Of a stretch of DNA of 36,288 nucleotides, positions 28,544 through 36,288 are shown in pieces (position 1 is the first letter of the stretch; each line of letters begins with the position of its first letter). Origin of the DNA: Candidatus Heimdallarchaeota archaeon (GTDB taxonomy: Archaea; Asgardarchaeota; Heimdallarchaeia; Heimdallarchaeales; Heimdallarchaeaceae); contig JAAFKI010000057.1 in assembly GCA_021399345.1 (NCBI GenBank), forward strand, positions 1 to 36,288, written 5' to 3'. Both the position numbers and the translations under genes were made by a program. Under the pieces are notes generated by a model. The model was not told the DNA's origin and made no database searches. It worked only from the letters and a program-made list of their open reading frames with translations.

Positions 28544-30037
28544 ATGACTACAGAAGAAAGAAAAGTAAGAGATTTTGGATTAATCTTTTACTTCTGGTTT
28601 TTACTAGTAATAGCTGCTTACGCCTTTGGATTTTATGCAATCTATCAACTGGTTGTTAAAAATACAGATTTAGTCCAATGGGTTCTTGAGAAATTTAACT
28701 CTGTTACAACCGTTTTAGGAGATTATCTTTGGTGGGTGGTAGGTGTTGCTGGTGCTTTATTTGTAATAGGTATAGTATTTGCTTATTTGCAAGTATGGTT
28801 AATGAGTTATATTGGCGCAGAAATTGTCAATACAGTTATTTTTGGTATTCCATTGGTACTCACTGGAGCTGGAATTTACTCCTTCATCGCTTTTAGTGAA
28901 GTGTGGATTGGAATTGTTCTAATTGCACCGGCTGCTATCTTGTTAATAATAGCACTACTAGTAGGAAAACGGGTAATTCTTGGTTCCAAGATATTTGAGA
29001 TGAGTAATGAAGCTGTAAATGATGAGAAAAGTTCTTTGACTCCTGTCTTCTTTTTTGCACTTATGTCTCTAATTACCATTTTAACTGGTATTGCAGCTGC
29101 AGTATTTACAAGTGCAAATATCGATCAGTGGCTAACTGGAACTACAGCCGGTAAATGGGTAGAATACGTTATATTCTTTATTCTGATATATGTTTATTTA
29201 GCTATACATTATACGATGTTACATTTCAGTGATGCAATTAATATTTGTATTTTCAAAAGATGGAATAATTACAAAGATTCTTCCTTGAAAATAGCAATTA
29301 GGGAAATCTGGAAAGTTAAAGGAAGCATCGTTTTATTTGGAATGTTCATAGCATTTTTTGATGCAATAATTAAAACAATCCAATTCTTTGCTAACAGAAA
29401 TTTCTTCAAGAAATGGAAGAAGAATAAAGTTTGGACAAGAACTATGCTGGTTTTGAGAATAATATTCTTTATTTTCATAATAATTCTCAAAGGATTATTC
29501 AAAATCCTCAAATTCCTTAACTATTATACTTTAACAATTATAGTAGTAGAAAAACGAGGTTTCATTCGAAGTGTAGCTAGATCAGCTGATTTGTCTCTAG
29601 ATTCAGCTGCTGATATTATTATTGGAAAAACTGGTGTAAATATAGCTAAAGGTCTATTCACTTTGCTAACTATAGGATTCTTCTCATCTGGAGGCTTCTT
29701 CCTTGGTTATTATTGGCTGGCTGATCAGCTAAGTATACCTGATACCGAGTTTGCATTAGGAATTAGCTATAAAATAGTGTTTTCACTAGCAATAGGTGCT
29801 CTGTTCTTCCTATTTGGATATTTACCAACATCAGCTATTCTAAGACCCATTTCCACAGCTTACAAGACAATACTTTTCTTCCACATAGCAGACCCATTTA
29901 GAGGTAATCCTGGTCGAAGAAGTAGAATTTCTAAAGATATTCAAAAGAATATTGATGGAATACAAGCCGAAGTTATGGAAACTTACGATAAAGAAGAACG
30001 GCCAACTTGGGAAAAACCACAAGAAGCAAAAGCATAA
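28544..30037 (+). CDS. Multi-pass membrane protein resembling the choline transporter-like (CTL/SLC44/Pns1) family
   Basis: About 10 hydrophobic segments. 'GSIVLFGMFIA' and 'LKFLNYYTLTIIVVEKRGFIRSVARSADL'. Confidence 0.55.
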   Translation: MTTEERKVRDFGLIFYFWFLLVIAAYAFGFYAIYQLVVKNTDLVQWVLEKFNSVTTVLGDYLWWVVGVAGALFVIGIVFAYLQVWLMSYIGAEIVNTVIFGIPLVLTGAGIYSFIAFSEVWIGIVLIAPAAILLIIALLVGKRVILGSKIFEMSNEAVNDEKSSLTPVFFFALMSLITILTGIAAAVFTSANIDQWLTGTTAGKWVEYVIFFILIYVYLAIHYTMLHFSDAINICIFKRWNNYKDSSLKIAIREIWKVKGSIVLFGMFIAFFDAIIKTIQFFANRNFFKKWKKNKVWTRTMLVLRIIFFIFIIILKGLFKILKFLNYYTLTIIVVEKRGFIRSVARSADLSLDSAADIIIGKTGVNIAKGLFTLLTIGFFSSGGFFLGYYWLADQLSIPDTEFALGISYKIVFSLAIGALFFLFGYLPTSAILRPISTAYKTILFFHIADPFRGNPGRRSRISKDIQKNIDGIQAEVMETYDKEERPTWEKPQEAKA

Positions 30038-30069
30038 TTTCCTCTTTTTTCTCCTTTTTTCTCCTTTCC
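30038..30069 (+). terminator. Pyrimidine/oligo-T tract after stop codon (putative archaeal terminator)
   Basis: A run of T and C only, with several oligo-T stretches, immediately after the TAA at 30037. Confidence 0.45.
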
Positions 30070-30118
30070 GATAGGCAAATTTTTTTATCTGTTATGTTCC
30101 TTTTATATTTGTGAGATA

Positions 30119-31525
30119 ATGTCATCAAGGTCACCTCGAAGAAGTTTGATAGGGAGTCATAGATATAGTGTTGTCATTAAATCCACTGAAACTGAATATA
30201 CAGCCAGTTTGAGCGGAGTTTTGGATTTGTATGATGGTAAACACGTTGTGGAAACTCATAAATTTTCTACATTTAATCAACTTGCAGAGACAATAATCAA
30301 TTATTGGGAGAAAAAATTGGGATCTGAAGTGAATGTTCATAGATTCTCAAATTGGTTGTCAGAATACTTCTCTGATATTGGGATATCAAACATAAATTTC
30401 TATCAGATGATAGAAGCTGTTAGAAACTTAGGAACAGGAACATCTTTACATTCTTCAGGCGTTGCAGTACGAGAAGCAAAAGTAAGATCTAATGATTTTG
30501 ATCCGCTTGATCCCAAACCAGCTAAAGCAACTGGTGCACATATGTTGGGAGAACTTGTAAAACCAGATGAAGAGGTCATTGTAGAGAAAGCTCGTCCAGA
30601 TAAACCACCAGATGATACTGTTGTTAAACCTAGTGAACTTTTCAAAACCGAGGAAACAGTTTCTCCAGAAGTTACTCTGTTACCACCTGTGAAAGTTGAA
30701 GCTAAGGAAGAAAAAGAAGAACCACCTGTCAATAATCTACTCAAACCTAGTGAAATATTGAAAACACGGGAAACAGCATATGAATTTGTAGAAGAAAGAA
30801 CAGAAGATTATCCAAAGGTATCAGGGGATCCTGTGGTTACAAAGCCATTAGAGAAAACAGAAAAAGAAGAACCTCCAATTAGTAATTTGCTTCGTCCAAG
30901 TGAATATTTAAAGAAAAGAGATATAATTGAAGTAATTTCAAAATCAATTTTCGATGAACCCAGACAAATACCAGAAGAAAAAAAAACTAGGGTAACTGCT
31001 CCTAAAAAGGAAATAAAACAGCATAAATTAGTTCCTCCTTCAGAAATTTTACTCATACAAGAAGAGGAAGAAGTGTTGAAAAAACCCTCAGAAGTTGTTA
31101 AAGAACAGGAAAAGAAAATTCAAGAAGTAAAACCGTCTGCAAAAATAGATCCTAAAGAGCATGAAATCCCAGTGCCACCTTCAACAAGAAAGAAGGAAGT
31201 TAGAATAACTGATAAAATTGAAGCTAAAGCTTCAGTCAAGGAGAAAGAGATTTTACCATTTGAAATCGAAGTTATGGATGATGGTACTCCGATAGAGGAT
31301 TCTTCAGCTTTGGAAAAAAGAACAATAGCTGATTTGAAGGTTACAGATATAATGGGCGTTGGTGATAAAATTGCAATGCTTCTCAAAGATGGTGGATATG
31401 ATTCTTTAGAGAAAATCCTTGCATCTACTCCTGAAGAACTGAGTAAAATCCGTGGAATAGGCATAACATCAGCTAAGAAACTACTTTATGGGGCTAATGC
31501 GATCAAAAAAGAAATAGAAGAGTAA
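30119..31525 (+). CDS. Protein with small N-terminal domain, disordered E/K/P linker carrying repeated (K/R/P)PSE motifs, and C-terminal HhH domain
   Basis: IMGVGDKIA...GYDSLEKI...EELSKIRGIG...AKKL gives a double HhH. Confidence 0.75.
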   Translation: MSSRSPRRSLIGSHRYSVVIKSTETEYTASLSGVLDLYDGKHVVETHKFSTFNQLAETIINYWEKKLGSEVNVHRFSNWLSEYFSDIGISNINFYQMIEAVRNLGTGTSLHSSGVAVREAKVRSNDFDPLDPKPAKATGAHMLGELVKPDEEVIVEKARPDKPPDDTVVKPSELFKTEETVSPEVTLLPPVKVEAKEEKEEPPVNNLLKPSEILKTRETAYEFVEERTEDYPKVSGDPVVTKPLEKTEKEEPPISNLLRPSEYLKKRDIIEVISKSIFDEPRQIPEEKKTRVTAPKKEIKQHKLVPPSEILLIQEEEEVLKKPSEVVKEQEKKIQEVKPSAKIDPKEHEIPVPPSTRKKEVRITDKIEAKASVKEKEILPFEIEVMDDGTPIEDSSALEKRTIADLKVTDIMGVGDKIAMLLKDGGYDSLEKILASTPEELSKIRGIGITSAKKLLYGANAIKKEIEE

Positions 31526-31589
31526 AGGAGATTATTCTTTTAACAACTCTATTTTATTTTATACTGTTAAGAAATAATAGACAAAATAA

Positions 31590-32123
31590 ATGTGTAATCT
31601 TATGATCAAACCGAAAATTCTGCAAATCATAGGGTATGCTGGTACCGGAAAAACATCTATAATTTGCTCAATATTAGAGAAACTATCGAAGGAAAATTTT
31701 AACTGTGCTACAATAAAATCGTCGAGGAAACATTCTTACTCTTTTTCCAAAAAGGATTCAGATGAGTTTCTTAGATCAGGTAGTAATCTCTCAGTCGTGG
31801 TTTTTGACAACACCACCCAAATTACAATAAATGAGCAAATTAATTTAGAGCGGCTAATAACTGAAATTTCAAATATTTCTGATCCTGATTTTCTTATTAT
31901 TGAGGGATTTAAAGATGAAAAATATCCTAAATTATTAATCTGGACCGAGAAAATACTCGATGAAGCAATTGATTTTACCACAATCAAATTTTTATATTGT
32001 GATTCTAATGACTATGAAAGTAACAAACTGGTTATAGATGAATTTGTTAGTAAATATGATGTTCTCTTTAATACTGAAGTAAATGAAACATTACAGAATA
32101 TCTTGGAATATTTCATCAGTTGA
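31590..32123 (+). CDS. mobB: Molybdopterin-guanine dinucleotide biosynthesis protein B
   Basis: IIGYAGTGKT, ATIK, KDS and IIEGFK...PK. Confidence 0.8.
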   Translation: MCNLMIKPKILQIIGYAGTGKTSIICSILEKLSKENFNCATIKSSRKHSYSFSKKDSDEFLRSGSNLSVVVFDNTTQITINEQINLERLITEISNISDPDFLIIEGFKDEKYPKLLIWTEKILDEAIDFTTIKFLYCDSNDYESNKLVIDEFVSKYDVLFNTEVNETLQNILEYFIS

Positions 32124-32132
32124 GGAAAGTAA

Positions 32133-33236
32133 ATGCATAGTTCATTAAAGAATTTGCTTGAAGAAGTGGGAAAGAAAACCTCCAAACATGAGCATTCAAA
32201 AGAGAATACCACAGGTTTGATCATAGGCTATGAAAACAATTCTCAGGAAAGGGAGCACTTCATTACACATCAAATTAGAAAAATGAAGAAATTTGTTAAC
32301 GAGATAATTATCTCTCTTCCATTTAATTATGAAATTCAAGATATTCATTTAGCAAATGAGATAAAAGATTTCCCTATTCATATCGTAAACAGTGATGAGA
32401 ATCATTCTGGGAACTCTCTACTAGTGTTTGACAATTTAGTCAAAAAAAGCCTAAATGATAAAATTATCTTTCTCCCTTATGATTTAGAAATATCTGTTTC
32501 AAAAATGGAAAACTTAGTGAAGCACAATCATACATTGCTAACATATTTGGGTTCCAGTGGTAACTTCTGCCCATATCTAGGCTTCTTAGATAAATGGTCA
32601 AACCGTTTCAGTTTGCAGATGCTCAAATTTAATAAGAAGGAAAGATTGGATGATCTCTTCAGAATATGTTCCGAACTAGTTTTCTTAAAACTAACAAAAG
32701 AGGACCATATCAAGAAGAAAACCTTAATTTCAGAAGAGAAAATCTTAGATGTTGATTTAGAAGAAATACAAAATTATTTTCCTCAGAGGATTCATTATCC
32801 CTTAGATGAACAATCCTTGGTAAAAATGATTGCTTTGATACATATTTTAACAAAGGAAATAGAAGAAAAGAAGAAAATTTCTTCTTCATTCAAAGTACAA
32901 CAATTTATTTCTTTGAGTAATCGATTTGCTAATTCGGGACATTATTTCTTAGCATTTCAAGCTCCTTATTTTTTTATCAATAATAAAGAATCTGAAATAA
33001 AGTTTCCTTTAGATTGGTCATTTTCTAAAGTTTGTGAAAATGGACGTCATCTACTTTTAGAGGAATCAAGCCTTTATGCGGGCAAAGGATTAGAAAGGTT
33101 AAGGTATGCTAGTCTTAGTGATTTGATTACATATAACTTATACAAAGATAGTGAAATTGAATGGATCAAGGAAGAGTTATCCAAAATTTCAAAACTTCTT
33201 ATAGCGGATAATATAGACCATCAAGCATTTATATGA
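32133..33236 (+). CDS. Hypothetical protein; N-terminal half possibly a degenerate MobA-like fold
   Basis: 367-aa ORF 9 bp after mobB. 'VNEIIIS' and 'KIIFLPYD' are weakly MobA-like. Confidence 0.55.
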   Translation: MHSSLKNLLEEVGKKTSKHEHSKENTTGLIIGYENNSQEREHFITHQIRKMKKFVNEIIISLPFNYEIQDIHLANEIKDFPIHIVNSDENHSGNSLLVFDNLVKKSLNDKIIFLPYDLEISVSKMENLVKHNHTLLTYLGSSGNFCPYLGFLDKWSNRFSLQMLKFNKKERLDDLFRICSELVFLKLTKEDHIKKKTLISEEKILDVDLEEIQNYFPQRIHYPLDEQSLVKMIALIHILTKEIEEKKKISSSFKVQQFISLSNRFANSGHYFLAFQAPYFFINNKESEIKFPLDWSFSKVCENGRHLLLEESSLYAGKGLERLRYASLSDLITYNLYKDSEIEWIKEELSKISKLLIADNIDHQAFI

Positions 33237-33255
33237 CCTACTGATTTTTTTATCA

Positions 33256-34698
33256 ATGACTTATCAAGCTTTGACTAGTTCTAAACCTGGTGTTAATATT
33301 TGGAATATGTTGCTTAGAGTATTATTTGGTTTAATTTTACCTTTCCTTATAGAGATTTTTGTATATATAATTTATACAGGGTTACGAACTCAAGATTATC
33401 AATTTTCCTCGCTACTTTTATTCTTCTTTCTAATAATACCAATTATTTTCCTCTATATTATATCACCAAGATTGGTTTTCTTCTTTGGAGGAGTTAAAAA
33501 ACACATAACTAATAATCTGAAAACCAATCTAGAAAGTATATTCCTTAAGCCAAGACGATTAAAGATTCGTGATAAAGCTGTTCCTCTTGAAGATATGGAG
33601 CATATTCTCAAAGATAAGGAAATAAAGCTTTTGAAAAACAAGATTGAAACAAAAGTTATTCCAGATTTGGTTAAGGAAGCAAGGAAACAATATTCTCAAA
33701 ATTTCATTGATAGAAACCATGGTTCAAGAAATCAAAGGTTGTTAACATATAATGAATCACTATTCCTGTTTAGTGGAGTTACATCTGCATTACTCTTCAT
33801 GAACTTGATACTGGTCATTATTCTGCGAGGAACGAGTATTAAACTTGATTTCATTGAATTGGATCAAATCACAAATTCAGTTAATGTACTTATATTCTCT
33901 CTGATTTTTGGATTGTTACTTTTCTTTGGTTTATTTCTCTTCTTTACATCATCTAGAACATTATGTCGTCTAATTCCAAGGATTGTTCCAATTATCTATT
34001 ATGAACCTGAAATTGAGAGAGAAAGACGATTGATTCAAATTTTGTCTATTGCTGAATTTCCAATAAGTAATCTTTTTGTTCGAAGAACTCAAAGGGAACT
34101 ATCGGGTGTAATCTATGAAGCCAAGAAGAGTTTGCTTCTCTCGAAAATGGTTGAAACAATATCTTGGTATTATAGAGATGGAATGGCTAAATCTATAGCG
34201 TGGAAACTATACAAAGAAGTATTAGAAGAAATTAAAATACCTGAAGAAGCAAAAGAACAGATTGAGAAACAATTCAAATATGACCCTCTGTTACAGATTA
34301 TTTCCAGTCAAATATTGACTTCAGAAGAAGAACAAGCAATCAAAGCAGATTTAGATTATATTCAGGAAAAGATTTCTAAATGGGATAAAATCAGAAGTGA
34401 AGAACAAACATTGTCCTTCCTACTTATTTATCGAACACTTGAAACTGTTTTCAGAAAAACCTTAATCAACTTAAATCCAGAACTAGAGAAAGAAGACGTT
34501 AATTTCATAAAATTAATCGATATTTTAGAGAAGAACAGATTGATTACAAAAGATGCGGTTTCTTTACTCCATGAAATCAGATTCAAAAGGAATGTATTAT
34601 TTCATGAACCGGGAAAATCTTTGGACATAGGGAGGAAAACAATGGATCAATTACTTTATCTAATAAAAGAGATAATAGATAAAGCAGAAGAGAAATAG
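33256..34698 (+). CDS. 4-TM membrane protein with C-terminal HEPN (DUF4145-like) domain
   Basis: Two TM hairpins. C-terminal YRTLE...LIDIL...LHEIRFKRNVLFH carries an R-x4-H motif at 34588-34605. Confidence 0.7.
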   Translation: MTYQALTSSKPGVNIWNMLLRVLFGLILPFLIEIFVYIIYTGLRTQDYQFSSLLLFFFLIIPIIFLYIISPRLVFFFGGVKKHITNNLKTNLESIFLKPRRLKIRDKAVPLEDMEHILKDKEIKLLKNKIETKVIPDLVKEARKQYSQNFIDRNHGSRNQRLLTYNESLFLFSGVTSALLFMNLILVIILRGTSIKLDFIELDQITNSVNVLIFSLIFGLLLFFGLFLFFTSSRTLCRLIPRIVPIIYYEPEIERERRLIQILSIAEFPISNLFVRRTQRELSGVIYEAKKSLLLSKMVETISWYYRDGMAKSIAWKLYKEVLEEIKIPEEAKEQIEKQFKYDPLLQIISSQILTSEEEQAIKADLDYIQEKISKWDKIRSEEQTLSFLLIYRTLETVFRKTLINLNPELEKEDVNFIKLIDILEKNRLITKDAVSLLHEIRFKRNVLFHEPGKSLDIGRKTMDQLLYLIKEIIDKAEEK

Positions 34699-34726
34699 TT
34701 TACAATAACAGATAATGTGAACTAAC

Positions 34727-35548
34727 ATGAAAAGTTCTGTTTATTTGAGAAGTGACATTCCATTTCTAAGAAATGATCGCCCATTAATTATGGCACATAG
34801 AGGGAGAAGTGCTTACACTCCAGAGAGTTCATATCAATCCTTCAAAGAAGCTTATGATTTGGATGTAGATGTTTTGGAAACAGATATTCGGTTGACAAAA
34901 GATGGTATTCCTGTGATTTTTCATGATGAATCTCTAGATCGTACTACCAATGGAATAGGTCCAATTATTGACTATACTTTTGATGAATTGCAAGCATTTG
35001 ATTTGGGTTATTGGTATCAAGATTCTATTAGTGGGGAATATCCTTATAGAAACAAAGAATTCAAGATTCTTTCGCTTGTTGAATTTCTTGATAAATTTCC
35101 AAAAATTCGAATTAATTTGGACATCAAAGACGAATTAAAAGAAGCTCCTGAAAATATACTCGATGCTATAATTTCTTCAAATGCTATTGATAGGGTTTTG
35201 CTAGGTTCATTTCATCATAAACAAATTAGAAAATTTAGAGATATTTGCATCCAATGGCGTATTCCAACAAGTGCAAGCCCTCTAGAAGTTTTAGCTTTTC
35301 TTGGTCACTTTACATTATTCTCACATAAAAAATTTTGTGCTTTTCAAGTGCCTATAAAATATAATTTTCTGAAAATTGTTACTCCAAGAAGCATTAAAAG
35401 AGCTCATAAATGGAATTTAGCTGTTCATCCATGGACAATTAATGATGAACAAGCTATGATGAATCTCCTTAACTTGGGAATTGATGGTATTTTTACAGAT
35501 GACCCTGGATTATTGCTAAAGGTATGGAATTCCTATAGGTTAAAATAG
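34727..35548 (+). CDS. Glycerophosphodiester phosphodiesterase (GDPD)
   Basis: AHRG, PE, ETDIRLTKDG, FHD...RTTNG, WTIN and GIDGIFTD. Confidence 0.92.
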   Translation: MKSSVYLRSDIPFLRNDRPLIMAHRGRSAYTPESSYQSFKEAYDLDVDVLETDIRLTKDGIPVIFHDESLDRTTNGIGPIIDYTFDELQAFDLGYWYQDSISGEYPYRNKEFKILSLVEFLDKFPKIRINLDIKDELKEAPENILDAIISSNAIDRVLLGSFHHKQIRKFRDICIQWRIPTSASPLEVLAFLGHFTLFSHKKFCAFQVPIKYNFLKIVTPRSIKRAHKWNLAVHPWTINDEQAMMNLLNLGIDGIFTDDPGLLLKVWNSYRLK

Positions 35549-36288
35549 GAAAAAATATTTTCTATTTCTTCTCTTGGAATGAAAACGGAACCCAATCTTC
35601 CTGATTCTCCATGAAAATCTGTCCCCCCAGTTATTAGAAGATCATTTTTCTTACAATACTTGATTAGAAATTTAATTCCTGAATTGATTTGCCGTTTTGA
35701 TAAAAATGATGGAATATGATCATAATTATAATAAACTTCAATTCCCTTTAATTTCCACGATAATAGTAGTTCTAGGTATTCTTCCAACTTCTGTAGATTT
35801 TTCCCCTCAACAAGCAATGGATGAGGAAGAACGGCTGTACCATTTCCACTCAAAATCAAATCAATTGCTTCTTGCGGGGTTATTGTTTCTCTTTGGACAT
35901 AAGCTGGTTTTTCGTTTCCAATATATTTCTCAAAAGCTTCATTTATTGTTTTTACAATTTTCTTATCAATCATCGCTCTGGCCAAATGAGGTCTTCCGGG
36001 ACTAACTCCACTTCCTATTTGTTTTAAGATATCATCATAAGTAACATCTAGATTCATTTCGTTTAGTTTCCCTAAGATTTTGAAGATTCTTTCATTTCTT
36101 TTTTCCTGAAGAAACATCATTTTCTCGTGTAATCTTGCATTTGTAGAATCAAAATTATATCCTAAAATTTCTATTTTTGTTTGTTCATGTCTTGCAGATA
36201 ATTCAATTCCTGTAAGATAAGCAAAAGAATAATTATTTGACATCTTCTCAGCAACATTGGTTCCTTCAATTGTATCATGATCAGTAAT
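35533..36288 (-). CDS. PHP-domain phosphoesterase (TrpH/YciV-like), 5'-truncated
   Basis: The frame is open to the window edge (ITDHDTIEG). Motifs GIELS, GRPHLA, PHP and GGTDFHG. The 3' end overlaps the GDPD gene. Confidence 0.88.
   Translation of the reverse strand: MTDHDTIEGTNVAEKMSNNYSFAYLTGIELSARHEQTKIEILGYNFDSTNARLHEKMMFLQEKRNERIFKILGKLNEMNLDVTYDDILKQIGSGVSPGRPHLARAMIDKKIVKTINEAFEKYIGNEKPAYVQRETITPQEAIDLILSGNGTAVLPHPLLVEGKNLQKLEEYLELLLSWKLKGIEVYYNYDHIPSFLSKRQINSGIKFLIKYCKKNDLLITGGTDFHGESGRLGSVFIPREEIENIFSYFNL

Noticed and set aside
30119-31525. RadA recombinase
   Set aside because: Only an HhH domain is present, with no RecA ATPase core.

Overview
AT-rich, gene-dense archaeal DNA. The gene content points to an Asgard archaeon, probably Heimdallarchaeia-like (inference): four small GTPases with roadblock/longin-like C-terminal domains, two longin/uDENN-like proteins, an archaeal tRNA-intron endonuclease and a CTL/SLC44-like membrane protein. 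There are 30 CDS, and the two edge genes are truncated by the window. I saw no rRNA, tRNA, CRISPR array or mobile element. The main candidate system is at 1-6978. It is a large single-pass surface protein with Ig-like repeats whose cytoplasmic tail resembles the folliculin/SMCR8 longin GAP domain, including the 'ARG' arginine-finger motif. It lies next to two convergent Rag/Gtr-like GTPases, suggesting a receptor-GAP plus Rag-heterodimer signalling module. A second module at 23590-26376 has a Sar1/Arf-like GTPase, a degenerate paralogue and a uDENN-longin plus gelsolin-like protein. Other points of interest are two circularly permuted family-5 solute-binding proteins with a homogenised DNA tract, a KaiC-like ATPase followed by a KaiB/thioredoxin-like gene, a membrane-anchored HEPN protein, a Zn-ribbon domain shared by two nearby genes, and a GlcF/GlcD/lipoyl-carrier operon. 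All family calls come from motif recognition and recalled reference sequences; no database search was run.
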